A stretch of 59,974 nucleotides of DNA, filler included, from Hausera hauseri (lineage: Eukaryota): NCBI GenBank assembly GCA_046269625.1. It is 12 parts of 12 records of this genome, joined end to end, with 100 filler letters (N's around TTAATTAATTAA, not from the genome) between each part and the next. Parts side by side here need not be neighbours in the genome. Positions count along the whole stretch, not along the records: positions 1 to 4,936 come from JBJURY010386479.1; positions 5,037 to 11,106 come from JBJURY010145758.1; positions 11,207 to 15,411 come from JBJURY010702549.1; 9 more parts are not named here. One strand, given 5' to 3'. Below are positions 1 through 13,176 of the stretch, one piece after another; the first letter of the stretch is position 1, and each line of letters starts with the position of its first letter. Position numbers and translations under genes: made by a program. The notes under the pieces were generated by a model. It searched no databases, was not told the DNA's origin, and saw nothing but the letters and a program-made list of their open reading frames with translations.

Positions 1-2159
1 TTTTTACAATCTTTCTGTCCTTTCTACAGCAACTGCGCCATCTTGATTACGCTAGTATAAGTGTAGTATACTAGTAACTAATATTCCGCAATTCGAACAA
101 CAATGATTGCAGTATCCCATAATGCAAGAAAAAATAATTAGCATTATACCGCGTGATAAAATATGATATTAGTGCAAGCGCAATGTTAAGTTACAATATA
201 TGACAATAATCAACGCCTGTTGCGGTAGGCTAAACCTTCAGTGAATCATTTCAAATATTTAATTAGGTTTGTTACATAAAAAATAACAATCCCTGAAAAG
301 TGCATGTAGTTGGGTAGAAAAATTGTACCCTAGTGGCCATCATACATTATGGCAATAAGTATAACAGGACATGGTTAAAAACTATAACATTAACTGTCAA
401 ATATAAACAATTACTGTCTAATACAAACAATAATGTCAAATAAAAAGACTTATGGCCTCTCGATAGCCTCTCGACAGTGTCATTAAGTCTGTTTTGACTT
501 CTCAATACAGCGGGGCTAAGATGGTGACTTCCACTGAAGTCGGATCACTCTAATTCGATGTAGTCAGTCCAAGATATATCAATACTCGACGTGACAGCCA
601 AACATCAGGATGCACGGAGACGTCGTTTGGGAGCAAATTCTAAAGGTGGCATTATTGTAGGTCCGCGAACGGAAGACCGAAAGGAAATTCTGTCGATATC
701 CACAGTAGCTTTCTGGGAAAATGACAACCAAGCTGCTAGACTCCGTTCCTACACAATTGATAGTAGGCCCCGACGACACCGTGGAATGGTAGTTGCCCTG
801 ACACATAGAGGGAGAGTTTTCGGGTAGCACGTGGTGTCAAGCTTATTGGTGTGCAGGCATTTCCTATATATGAACTGAACATCTTTGACCATGGCATCGG
901 CTGTCATTAAGCCTACAGCCTTAAGTTTTTCGTACGGACATATTTTCTCGTAATGATACGAGTCATAATGAGTATGGGTTAATTCAATATATCCGAAAAT
1001 AGCTGTCTGGTGAACACGCCATAAGTCAAGGAAATTCAAGAGGTAAAAGCCGACAAGCACATGGTTATATTATTGGCATCTCTCGNNNNNNNNNNAATAT
1101 TTGTAAGAACAAGACTTTGGCTTACAAGTCGTTTCTTATCTACGTTTTTGAAGTGTGCTTCACTGGTGCCGTCTCCAAAAGTGCTTACAAGTAAATGTCC
1201 TGCTCATCCTTCGTATCAAAGTCGTTGATATTTGTAATAAGTGAATCCAAGTGTGATTGAGAAAAGTTGTCGAAACATTTTAGATTACACTTTCACTTAT
1301 TTACGTCATTTATATGGGCAGTACCTTAAAACTTTGCTTTTTTGTGCACCATATGTTTGTTGGTTACTCATTTCAGAATATGAATTATCATTACTACTAA
1401 ATATTCATTTATTGGTGAGAGTGATTTGGGTTTGTATTGATTGATTGGAGTCCTCATCATGGATATATGACTTTCGGCTGAGTTACGTCCACGGCAAGTA
1501 TGCCATTAGTTGGAGAAGAAAATATATACGACAATTTCACAGTAGGGATAGTATTAATCACACTAGAGTTTTTTAGTAGTTCGTTAATTTGCCGCTTGCG
1601 AGGTGACTGGCTATAATGTCAAATTTTCTTGGCTTATCGGTAAGGATTAATTGGGTTAATGAACTAGTGATGTCAGTTGTTTGTTGTAGACAAATATGTC
1701 TGGGATAGAGTTGGAGTTTCTCAGATTTTAGGTTATTTTTTATAACCGTTTGATTTGGAAAAGTATGGTGCAATTGATCCACACTCAGGTAAGACGCCAA
1801 TGCGTCATAAAAGGTTTGTGAATCAATATGACTCCATTTTCAGTCTTATAAATAGCGATAAAAAGGTTTATTTTCGTTAATCAAATATAGATAAATAAAA
1901 CTAAAGCATGCAATAATATCAGTTATGAATTATGTACAGTGCTTATAAGGAATGATGGTAATTGTATAAGATAAGGAATGTTAGTGATTAAGAATAAAAA
2001 TGATGATATACAGAATTAGATAGTCATACTAAAATATGCAGAGTTGATGAAATGTCTAAAAATGTTTATACTATGATTTGGCGACGCATGATAACCGGGT
2101 GTTCGGGTTCGAAGGCGCTGATCATCGGATCACGTGTTAGGACGTCATTGATTGCTAGA

Positions 2160-2715
2160 TTACGATAACTGAGTCTCGGGAAGGATATCTGGTCGTCGCA
2201 TGAAGATGGAGACTGCTCCATAGGTTATGAGAGGAGTCTCGTACGCGCCATGAGCGTAGTTTACGTCGAATAGGTAGATTCCGTTGTCTAACTTCTTATT
2301 CAGGAAGGTTTCCAGTAAGAGGAATCGTTTGAATACTATTGCATGATGCAATGTAGTAATGCGCAACTGAGGTGGGAAAATAACTTGAAATGGTTTGCTG
2401 TCGTAAGCATACTCGAATATTAGGGTTGCGAGGTTGTCGACCATGGCGTATAGCGAGCAATAAAGGAATATCTCCGTCCACGTTGAGCAAGTGTAAGAGT
2501 GCTTGTGACTGAATGAACATGAGTATAAAGAAATCATGACTCTCTCATAATGGCTAAGGGAACGATGGTGTTGCCGTTCATATCTCGGAATTTCAGTGCT
2601 TCAACTGCTTCATCGCCTACTTGGGTTATGGCTTCTCGGACCCTTTCTTCGTTTCTCGAAGCTACAGCCAACATTAATGGAGTTGTTCCAGAGTTGTTTA
2701 CTGTTGCATAGTCGC
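2160..2715 (-). pseudogene. Decayed ankyrin-repeat coding sequence
   Basis: Manual translation gives NNSGTTPLMLAVASRNEERVREAI and RDMNGNTIVPLAIMRES*. The 2160-2537 frame gives TTLHHAIVFKRFLLLETFL..DVN..ETPL. These resemble the ankyrin G-x-TPLH-x-A consensus, with a stop and a frameshift. Confidence 0.65.
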
Positions 2716-2844
2716 TGGGTTAGCTGATTCGTCGGTACATCCTAGCATGTAACGTTCTGCCTTTTGTAAGATTTGTTCCTCGTTGTTTTCTACATAGGGG
2801 TAATATTAATCTTTGATGATGGATAACCATTTGTCATCACCGTA

Positions 2845-3000
2845 AATTTCGAAGTCATATTTCAGATTGGTAAGGGGATTTCAAATGGTTTGTTATTAGG
2901 TGTTACTCCGTAAGAGGTTGTCAATTTTGAAGTCATATTTCAGATTGGTTAGGGGGATTTCGAATGGTTTGTTATTAGGTGTTACTCCGAAAGAGGTTGT
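2845..3000. repeat. Tandem duplication, 2 x ~78 bp
   Basis: gaagtcatatttcagattgg...ggtgttactccg.aagaggttgt begins at 2851 and at 2929, with few mismatches. Confidence 0.9.
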
Positions 3001-3003
3001 GTA

Positions 3004-4936
3004 TCTTTTCTTGCGTTTACGTTTATATGTACATATAGTAAGGATTTCCGATATTGCAAGTGTTATGACGGTGCTATTACCATTAGTAAGAATATATTGT
3101 AGTTTGCTTGAGCCTGCTTCATTGGTTCAACTGACGGTGACATAATGGTCAGTGTTCTATTGTCTTTAGGTGGGATGGTGGATTTTCTGTGAATGAATCT
3201 CCTTCATTATTTTTTCAAGTGTTGGGAATCGGGATACCGAATTTACTTCTCTTTTGAGTGTATTGACGTCCAATAATGTAACTGTTCTGGGGTTACGTAA
3301 CGTGTCGTAGTAGCGTAGCTGATATGGGCTAGGTAAGGGTGATCGAATATTAATTGAGTGCATTCAAGGTAGGTACTGGTGATTAGAAAGCAAGCATCAT
3401 TGACGTTTTCTAATGCGACGGTAAAGTCAGGATTAGGTAACCTGAACATTACACGGTTAGATCTCACTTGACGATAAATATCCGGAGGTCTAAATGGAAT
3501 TCTTTTGGTTCGTTCTGGGGTTTGTCGTAGTCCTTCTATCAGATAGGGAATAGCGAAAACTACTCAACTAAAAGGTGTTTGGGCAAAAGGATTGTAACTG
3601 TAATGTTAGGAGTATTTGTCGATTGTCATGCTTCGTACATGATATTGGGGGTCGTGGACTCGTGACCTCTAGGGTATAAACTTCCTCGCTATAACGTTTC
3701 GTAGCGCAAGATAGAGCGTAGCGAGCTCTACTAATTTGGGGTACTACTACTATAATTTCGTTTTCATAAAGTATTTTTGCATTAATTCGTTGGTTGTCCG
3801 TAATCCTTGCTTCTTGATTTATGTATTTGTACTGCATAAATAAACCCTAGGGTAACTACAAGTTTTCTTTGTGGGTGGATGTAGAAGTACACTATTTTTG
3901 ATCGTCTGTAAAGTGTAAATGTTCACCTTTCTTGCTTTATAAGTTCTTAGCAGTAACTTGAGTAAGTCCTTTTTGATCTCCTTTGTTTATGCATCTACCG
4001 GTGAGTATTATTTCTCTATCTTGAGTTACAGGCTCGTCCACGGATAATGTTGGTGTCTCCTTAAGCAATTGTAGTAGATATATTGAACAGTTATTTAATG
4101 GTTGGATTTGATCATCTTCTAAGATAATTGGGATGTATCATAGTTCCTTTGGAAATTATTACTGTTTTGTCAACTTGTAATTGGTCTTCTCCTTTATTGG
4201 TGATTAAAGCACATGGTGGATCATTCTTTTTAATCTGAATATCGGCATTCTACATGTACTATTTATCGATATCTAACACAAATCAATCCTTATTCGGCAA
4301 GGTCTTCGAACTCTTCGGCTAGATTTTTTGTTAGTGAATACTTTACTCCAGTTTTGAATTGTACCTATGTCCAGACGTTGTAATTTTACTTCTGGAATCA
4401 GGGTTGTGTTACATGTTATACCTTGTTGAGGATGTTTGTCGTTTTTATACAAGGGTCTGCTTGGAAAAATATAATATGGAGGTCCTTGGAGATTAAGTTT
4501 AATTTTGTATTCTTGTCGTATGTTTGTTAATTGTTGGGGTAATGTACCTTCTATTTCCCATTAATCGTCTGGTAAATTAAAATTCTGGTCTACATTAAAT
4601 GTACCGAAGATTCTGTTCCTTTATTTGTATTTGCCTAAATAACTATGGTAATTCAATTCCAACAATAAGTTTTCCACAGAGTAACTGTCTGAGATTTTCA
4701 GCGCACTTCTCCTTTTCTAGGTAGTCATTTTCTAATTCAACTATTAAGTCACCTTCGGTATTCTCCAGTTTTATTCGATTGATTTCTGGTTCTTGCTCAT
4801 CTTCGATAGTTTTTTGTACCGCTATGAAGGTCAGTAATAAGTTTTTGATTTCCTTTCTTTCTGGCCATAACATATACAAAAGCGTATTATTCTGGATATC
4901 TGGTGCCTTTCGCTCCGCTTGATCTAGGTAATTTCT
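3004..4936 (-). pseudogene. Long decayed ORF of unknown family ending in a TM-like segment and basic cluster
   Basis: Chain of same-strand ORF fragments (4643-4879, 3568-3837, 3243-3467) with an A-rich coding strand. It ends in YILTNGNSTVITLAISEILTICTY-KRKRKKR. No recognised domain. Confidence 0.35.
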
Positions 4937-5036
4937 NNNNNNNNNNNNNNNNNNNNNNNNNNNNNNNNNNNNNNNNNNNNTTAATTAATTAANNNNNNNN
5001 NNNNNNNNNNNNNNNNNNNNNNNNNNNNNNNNNNNN
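4937..5036. other. Artificial contig spacer N44-TTAATTAATTAA-N44 (first of 11)
   Basis: Identical 100-nt spacers, with stops in all six frames, also occur at 11107-11206, 15412-15511, 21437-21536, 25562-25661, 29939-30038, 34054-34153, 39910-40009, 46757-46856, 51025-51124 and 55560-55659. A separate 10-N scaffold gap is at 1086-1095. Adjacency across spacers is not biological. Confidence 0.98.
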
Positions 5037-6060
5037 GCAAATGTGAAAAATGTTTCAGAGCTAAAACAATGGCCAGGAGTTCTCTATTGAAGGTAGAATA
5101 ACGGCGTTCTTGTTACTGCAGCTTGCGTGAATAGAATTATAACGGCTCATTTATCCCGTGAAATCTTTGATGAAGAACCGCTCCTACTGATGTAGTTGAT
5201 GCGTTTGTTGTTAAAATGAGGTCAACATCAAGTTTTGGGTAAGCTAAAATCTCGACTGTTTTAAGCTTGTCGCGAATTTAATCGAACTGGTCAACAAGTT
5301 CTGGAGTCCAACATATGAGCTTTTTCTTCGGCCCTGCTCCTAGTTGAATGAAAGGAGCAATTAACTGGCTACAGTGTGGGACGTATTTATAAACAAAATG
5401 TAAAATCCCAAAGAAACTACGCATGTTCGTATTGGTTTTTGGTAGATCGATGTTTCGTAACTGATGAATTCTATCAGGCCGTGGACTGTGACCGTCAGGT
5501 GTGATGACGTGGCCAAGAAAATTGACCTTTTTGTGAAAGAAGAACATTTAGAAAAGTTTACTTGTGAAATATGGTTGCGTAAGCGTTGGAAAACTAGTCT
5601 GAGATGTTCTTCGTGTTGTTTGGGCGATGCCCATGCGACTAGTATATCATCGATGTACGGATATACAAATGGCAAACTTGAAAGGACTGAATCAGTGTGC
5701 CGTTGAAACGTTTGTGCTGCGTTTTTTAGACCTAATGGCATGAATGCGTATTCAAAGAGACCAAAAGGTGTTATTATGTCCGTTTTTGGATGTCATCGGG
5801 TGCTACCGGTATTTGGTGGTAGGCTGTTTCAAGATCTATAGTCGAATAAATTGTTGTCTTGTGTAAAAAATGCAATACATACTTAATCAAAGGTAGAGGA
5901 TAAGCATTCATGGTAGTAACGTTATTAAGTTGGCGATAATCACCCCACGGACGGAATCTTTTTGGGACGACGTGGAGTGGTGATGCCCACGGTGATTTTG
6001 ATCGTTTTATTATTCCAGCTTGCTCGAGTGCAGATAATTCCGATTGGACGGCATGTCGAC
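5037..6060 (-). pseudogene. pol: Gypsy reverse transcriptase and RNase H (frameshifted)
   Basis: YPYIDDILVA, KKVNFLGHVIT and RELLAIV motifs spread across several frames. Confidence 0.9.
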
Positions 6061-6828
6061 AGCGTGGTAAAAGTAGGCGGAGTTTTTGCCTAACGAGCCT
6101 AGGATTTTATGTGATGATATGATGAAGCGTCGTGTTAGCCGGTCGAAATGCTGGTCTTTTTTATTGTATGAAAACAAGACTTGGTTAAATATTGTTGCAT
6201 TTCTTGGCTAAGCGTAGTAAAGGCTGTTGTTGTCACGGCAATAACTTGATTGGACTCAGTATAAGAAACGGTAGAAATCGGGCCGCCTAAATAGGATTTA
6301 AACAGAAACGTAGTATTATTTATATTGGTATTAATAAGGTTTTATTCACACTGGTTGGTGGTTACTTTAATATTGATTTTATAGTCGAAATAGGCTTCAT
6401 GGTCGGTTGGTTATTTGTAGAGGTCGGCTTTGTTGAACTGCTTTTAATGATCCGACGTTGTCTACAATCTACAAGGAGTTTGTAAAAAGGTAAGAAATCA
6501 GACCCCAGCATTTGAGATTGTGTGTCGGCAACGACGAAAGTTCAATTAAAAATGTCGGAGAATGGTGGTAAAATGAATGAAATCTTGGAAGTGCCAAAAA
6601 TGCATAATGCTGGGCCCTTAGCTGTGTATAATTTGATATTTGATGGTACAATAGCTGTTGTTTTGACGGACGGTGGTAACAAAAAACAGCGGCCACTGAA
6701 TCAATGAGGAAGTTGATTGATTGATTGGATTTAGAAGTTAAAGAAGCTTTTAATGTAAAAACGGCATTAGTGCGGCTATCATGATAAAATTTTGCCTGTG
6801 TCAGAATGTGCCGAAACATCTGGCGGCT

Positions 6829-7470
6829 TTATGAGTTTTTTGGATGGACAGGATTTATATTCCTGGATAGGGTAGGATGTGATGGATTAGGTCGATTTAC
6901 AAAGGTGCAACCTGTAACGCAATTCTGTGCTTTAGAATTGAATTTATTATGGTATATGCAGATAATATCGGATCGTTTGAAATTGAGAGCATAAAATCTG
7001 CAGCCTAAGAAACATTTAGTGGAGTTGTTTTTGAATTTGCTATGGTAGTAACACACCACTGATCGTGTAGGTGACCTCGCATGTCTTGAATTTTGAGACG
7101 AAGTGCGACTATGATGCCCATCGAAACGAATTCGTCTAGGCATGGTGAAAGCTTCGATTTTTGACGTGAGTGCAGAAATTGCCTGGTGTATGTTCGCGTT
7201 TTCAGAACGTAAAGAATTTATCTGTGAGTTCAGATTAGCTATGTCGCTAGCTTGATGAGTTGTTGGTGTTTGTAGCGTAGCGGCTACTAGTGGGGCTGTA
7301 TGTGCATGTAATATCTCGTGGCTTTTGTCAGCCAATTCTACTAGTTTTTGTAGTGACGATGTGTCCTCTACTATGGTTAACAGTGCACGTATATCTCTAG
7401 GTAAAGACTGCTGAAAATATCTGCATAGTAAATCGTCGTTGTTTGCTTGATTAACGCCTAGAGTACTCAA
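6829..7470 (-). pseudogene. gag: Gypsy family A Gag, C-terminal part with two C-x2-H-x9-C-x3-C motifs
   Basis: LLCRYFQQSLPRDIRALL..LVELADK, then CYYHSKFKNNSTKCFLGC and CIYHNKFNSKAQNCVTGC. Paralogs at 13800-14520, 45256-45815 and 47023-47600. Confidence 0.85.
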
Positions 7471-8472
7471 TTGAGTTAGTTAGGTTTGAAGAAATTCTGA
7501 GGGTTTCAATGTGCCTATGGTGTTGTCGTTAAAATATTTGTGGATTATGTTATCCAGAGATGGTTCCTTGATTTTTAGAATTGAGTTAGAAATTGTTTTG
7601 TATGGGTCATTGCTTTGGAAAATTTGCGACAAGTTTGGAAGCTGCGATTTAATGTTAGAAGGAAAAGTATAAGCAAGCTGTTTACTCTAAGAAAAGAGTC
7701 GACAGTATTATTCAACTTCAACCAAGCCGCATGAAAGTACAACAACGTCCAGCTGGAACGTTGCTTGTCAACGAAGAATTCCACACAAGGTAGATTTACA
7801 GTAAGCGAGGGATGTAGTGGTGAATTTAGCGGTTAGTTTTGTTCGTCCTTCGAAGATGCTTTTGGATCAGATCCACCTAACAGGCGGTAGTGTACAATCA
7901 GTATAGGTGTTGAAGATGAGTGGGTGTAACTTGTTACCTTGTCGGATTGTCGGAGAAAAAGTCCATTAAAACTAAGGCGAAAATTAGAAAGAGTTGTTTG
8001 TCGCCGTAACATGCCTGACTATTTAGTTATTGTTACTGATTTGTGAATGTAGTATGTTTGTGTATGATTATTTTTAAATAACAAGACAAGTGGGACGAAA
8101 TAGTCACATAAGTCGGGTGTGCAATGTGGTGTTCGAAGTGTGTACGCGGGAAAGTATTCGACAAAGTGGCACCTGGGCCGCCCAACCGAAGCGTCGGCCA
8201 CCACAGTCAACGCTTGCCGATCGTGGCTTGCCAACTGAAGGAGACCAAAGTAAGTTCTCGGACGTGCAATAACTTCCCTTCGTTTAGATGTGTCACTACA
8301 TCTACATTGTAAGGAGATTTGCCATTTAATTGTACCTTTTCCGTTGATTTAAATTATCCAGTACTTTTTGATGCGTAAACACTCTGCTTCGTTTGATGGC
8401 ATAATGTATAGGATTTTCCAGATTGTATTGTCGTTTTGTGAAAGTTTGAAAACTATTGTTTTCATTTCAGTT

Positions 8473-11015
8473 TCACATAACACTAAATTTGTCGTTTTGA
8501 GAAGCGAATGATGGAAGTATATCTATTGTCCGGTTTTTTGTATGTTCAACGTAATTTATGCAGGCTTCTAATCTCAGTTCTTTAAAGGAACGATTGGTGA
8601 ATGAAATGAGTTTTGACGATATAAACCTCACAAATAACGACAAATTATGTTTATAAAATTGAAATTCCACTAGCGTTCGTAAAGCATGAATTTTATTTCG
8701 GCCCTCAACTTGATCTGCAGACACATTTGCTGGAACCATCGGTGACAGAATTCCGGCATTTAAATTAGCGTCATATCCAAAACTAAAGGACCAGTAAATG
8801 AAGATCTGGTGGCTGCCGATCGAGCTCCATGCATTAATGTCTTTTTCAGACTTCTCAACAGATAACTGTGAATATCATTTGTCAACTCGGGAATAAATCG
8901 GCTAAGTAATTTCAATGAGTAAATCAGTGGAAAACTGAGTCCAGCTTGAATTAGCGGTTCACTCATGACATGGATGTCGTCTCGAACTTTGTTGACATCC
9001 AGTTGCAATGAGACCAATGACGATATGAATCGACAATTCTAACAATGGCGGACGCTTTTTCGCATCTTCGTTTGGTAGGTTCGACTTGATTATATCAACC
9101 GTTCGTCGAAAATATTCAATTTTTTCGAACGCAACTGGGATAATGTGTGCGATAATTCCAGTACTCAAATATGACATTGGATTTTTACGATCTTTACGAA
9201 TACACAAGTTCATGAATTCCAATGAACGGTTCCTTTGAAATTCAAACGTTGAACTTGTATCCAGTGCAATAAGTCTCGGTAATGCTTGATTTACAAGTTG
9301 GATTATATGGGGTTGTTTGAAATCAAAATTTTGGGTAACAATTTGCCATATCTCACTTAATTTCTCCTGCAACAATCTTCGACATGAATGAGACTGATAG
9401 ATTTTCGGATGATGTTGCAAAATGTGTTCCTCAGTTTTACTATACGACCGTTCCATTCGACATGCAGCTATTGCTGCTGGAATTCCAGACGGTAGAGTTG
9501 AATTTGTAAGTTGATCCATCGTCATGCTAATCATTTCCTCTATTCGTAATCGATTGCTGTCTATTTCGTCATTACATAATTTCAATAATTCATTTAACAG
9601 TAACAATGTCCTATGACTACAGGCATCCGGATTCAATTTACGAATGTTTATGAGAATGAACTTCATATTCATCCGTATGATTACGGAGAATTTCTGCCAG
9701 ATATTTACTGTACAATGCTTGTGTCCAATCGCCAGATTCCATGGCATTGGTATCCGGTTGAACGTAATTTGCCGGCGGTTGACTGCTATGCTTCTGATAA
9801 TGACTGCTGCCTAAACTGTTCATGAGTTGTCCACTGCTTACATTAGGGGATGGATCATTGGACGATGTTTTTTGTTTACGTCGACTAATGCCTTCTCTTG
9901 ATGCTGTTACAGCAAATGATGACGCTTAAGCTACAGCATATACTTCATGGACGCTAGCCCGTTTGTCTCAAATCCCCATATGTGATGACATGTTGCATGT
10001 TGAAAGAAGTGTCGACGAATACAGAGCAATTTCTTTCAGTGTTAATGCGGCGTATATTCGCTGAGCTTCCGACTTTATGTCGTTAACGACACAATCAGCC
10101 TCTTTAATTTGCGACTCAACTCGTTCGGTGGGCAGTATCAAATTAAGTTGGGCAACAAAACGTGCCTGCAGAGCGCTAATTTGAATGGCATTTGTGATAG
10201 ATGTATTTTGTATTTGTTTCAATAATTTGACAAAATTACTGTGGGAAAATATGTCTGAATCCAACACAACCCAAACTTATCAGAACAGCTCTTCTATCGG
10301 TCAATTTGTTGTTCTCAGACAATTTGACAGATTCCAAAAACATTTTATCTTTTAAGTCATAAATGACGAAACTTTTGAAATCTTTTGCAGTTTTTAATTT
10401 CACATCTTCAGCTTGTCCAATATTTGGTTGATGGCTGTTGTCAGAATTGAAAGTAATTAGAGTGTTCAAATAACCGAAGAAATATGGTATGATTTCCAAA
10501 TACCCATTGAAATATGCTGCATATTTCACGTAGTGTCGTCCAAAATGAATTTCTAAGATTATGCTACCTTTACCATATTTTTCATCGGCCAGCATATAAC
10601 TTTTACAGCATATAAGTACCATGAAATGAAATCCCTTTATAAAATCATGAAAATGAATGGTATTAAACGAGTTATAAAATTTGTTTTGTACTGCACTAAT
10701 ATAATGGATCAGTAAAGTACGACAATGTTCAGTATTAAAGAAGTGCCAAAAATTATCAAATGGTAAATTTACCCATCTTATTTTCCCTTTGAGAGTCCAA
10801 AAATCTGCAGTGTTCTGGATGAACGAATGAACGGATGTCGTCACGATGGTCGATCCTGGCGTATATTTACCGTACGACTGTATCTGAAACCATTGTCGAT
10901 TTTCCCCCGACGTACAACAAATCTCATCAGTATAGTAAAAGGTTTTGTAATTAAAATAAATCAAACACACCTCAGAGTGCCATTCTCGGCCATAATTGGT
11001 CGGGTCAATGGACAC
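8473..11015 (-). pseudogene. Unassigned chain of co-oriented ORF fragments, probably decayed cellular gene(s)
   Basis: Abutting or overlapping minus-strand ORFs 10236-11015, 9968-10267, 9638-9823, 8959-9747, 8760-9017 and 8473-8739, with protein-like helical composition and no TE motif recognised. Confidence 0.4.
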
Positions 11016-11206
11016 CGCTTAAAATGTAGATCCATTATACAAAGTAGGCTTCATTTAACGGCAATATCTTGAAATTCAAAATGTAGAAATCATATAAATA
11101 ATGATCNNNNNNNNNNNNNNNNNNNNNNNNNNNNNNNNNNNNNNNNNNNNTTAATTAATTAANNNNNNNNNNNNNNNNNNNNNNNNNNNNNNNNNNNNNN
11201 NNNNNN

Positions 11207-11283
11207 TGCCGTCTACTTGTTTTGTTGGGGTGTCATCAACTTTTTCTGGGGGTAAGTTGATTCTCCAAAAGCGCAAGTTTTCA
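11207..11283 (+). repeat. 77-bp terminal direct repeat, copy 1 (identical to 15335-15411)
   Basis: tgccgtctacttg...gcgcaagttttca is both the first 77 nt and the last 77 nt of the contig. Confidence 0.97.
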
Positions 11284-11404
11284 ATTTGTTTACGAATCGC
11301 CTTAATTCCGATAAGAGACGTTACCAAAATCCGGTCCTCCATATCTGCTGGAATCTCAGGGAGCAGATAACTAACAGTTGGTGTCAGATCAAACACACAT
11401 CTTG

Positions 11405-13140
11405 CTACCTACGTCGACCAGGTGCAGCCGGAACTTCTGAGACGTTACAACGACAATTAAATGGGGGTGAGTCGGATTGTTGTTATTCGGGAGCTCGGTG
11501 GCACTTTGTTCCCGAAATTTGTTTTTATTTCTGTTTTTAATCAATTCACAAACATTCTTGTATTTTGTTATATGACTCAACCAATTACTCACAGTCATAA
11601 TCACACAATGGAAATCGCGAAAAATGTCGTTTCCGTTAGTCTTGAATTGGTTAAATTACGGGTTGAAATGAAATTTTCCATCACCAATTTCTTTACACAG
11701 AATTTTCTACAACTAAAACTATTACTTAACACAAAACCAGTACATGTTAAATCACTGCCGTTTGATTTATACAGTTATACCTCTGTTAATCCATTTAATA
11801 ATATGTTGCAACTCTCCATTGTGTCCCTGGCCGAATTGAATTTAGATGAACAACTCCAAATAGACCTGATCTGCCAAGCACATGGAATCAAATCTATCAA
11901 TGCAAATACACTTGGATCATTTGATCAGACATTTTGTTATTTCGGCGAGAAACATATCATAAAGGATGTCAATTACAAAGACCTGCAGTCAGTGTCGATT
12001 CGGGGTATTGCAAAGAATGCCCATAGAGCCATAGTGTATTCAGAAGAAATAAAACATGCATTGGAGCTTGTAGATTTTAGTATTCTCAAGGAATCCAATT
12101 TTCTGGCATTTAACAATCCACGAAACATACAACTCATGAAGCCTAATGCACTTCCTGTCGTTGATATGGTGACGTTGTCTTATCACATCACTGGAATAAT
12201 AAGCATTTAAAAATCTCAAAAAATCTAAGCACAACAGCGATGTATGTGATTTTGCCATGTCCGCCTTTTCAGACCGGTGGCACATCTAGTGTCGGGTACT
12301 ATATGCATATTGCTTAATGCGTTGGTCCAGGCCAACATCTTATACTGTCGAATGTGCTACAGGATTGCATTCGCTAACGGCAGAGATTGCCGCAAAGCCA
12401 ACACCTCTATTCTGTTACACTTTAGTTCGAAGGTTTTATATAATACAGACCTTAGTTGGTAGCGCTGCGGTACAAAAATTCATGCAGTCGACATCTCATC
12501 AATTCATTCCCATTCAACATTGGCTTTATTGTCATGTTCTTGAAATCCTCCACAACTCGAACATAAAAATTTTGCATAAGACAGCAGCGGACTGTAGTTC
12601 GGATAGCCAACACTGTGATACAATGGCTGTGTTCTCAAGTAAATCTCGACAGAAAATGTCAAAGCTAGACCACAATCGGCCATACACATTTGAAAAACTC
12701 CTACATTTTGGAAATCGATGCTGGACCAAAAAAACTTCTTTTCGTGACTGATACGGGTAACATCAAAAAATCGTACCTCAATCGACAGTTTCTACTTTGT
12801 ACTCAAGACACACAAAAAACGAAATCAGAATTCGCTGTTAAGACTGGTACAACTATAAATCTAGAGAGTGGCATCGAAGCCTATCAAGATCTTATTTGCC
12901 AAAAAATTAAACGTATTTGTAACAAAATTATTCCCAAAAAACTCAATGGTATCGCTAATACTTTAGACACCGTAAAAACTCGAACTCACATGTATATGTT
13001 TTGGGCTCCCAACCGAAAACCCTTTTAGAATTCCGGAACTCTTGACACCAAAGGAAGTTGTCAAGCGACTGTACTGATCCTAACAAAATCTTATTCATCA
13101 TCACAAGATCCTCCAGAAAAGGTCATTTCCGTTTGCACAT
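11405..13140 (+). pseudogene. UBA1: Ubiquitin-activating enzyme E1 (UBA1-like) pseudogene, N-terminal half
   Basis: Colinear matches to UBA1 motifs: MEIAKNVV; NANTLGSFDQTFCYFG (ADTRGLFGQLFCDFG); FIPIQHWLY; VTDTGNIKKSYLNRQFL (VTDMDTIEKSNLNRQFL); SGTLDTKG; [18 protein letters not shown] ([18 protein letters not shown]). Contains frameshifts, stops and deletions. UBA6 is not fully excluded. Confidence 0.88.
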
Positions 13141-13176
13141 CAAATTGAACGTCCCCTACTTTGGGTTAGGGGTCTA

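Larger units (their letters stand above)
5037..8205 (-). mobile_element. Ty3/Gypsy LTR retrotransposon (family A), decayed, 3' truncated by the contig edge
   Basis: Order is gag (6829-~7900), protease (FLIDSVAAV, 6469-6819), RT (SPWASPLHVV; MPLGLKNAAQTFQR; YIDD at ~5650), RNase H (TTNASTTSVGAVL; RYSTFNRELLAI). Many stops and frameshifts. The 5' boundary is approximate. Confidence 0.93.

Noticed and set aside
579-1060. Cys-rich minus-strand ORFs as a named gene
   Set aside because: Short, overlapping in different frames and with no recognisable motif.
2160-3100. Calling this gene Notch
   Set aside because: No EGF/LNR repeats or RAM WxP motif were found, so it is kept only as an architecture observation.
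4981-4992. Recurring TTAATTAATTAA as a biological motif or piggyBac target site
   Set aside because: It always sits between exactly 44 N on each side, so it is an artificial linker. ORFs containing X runs are artefacts.
8959-9640. SCAPER-like identity
   Set aside because: Only a vague resemblance in helical pattern, with no diagnostic motif.
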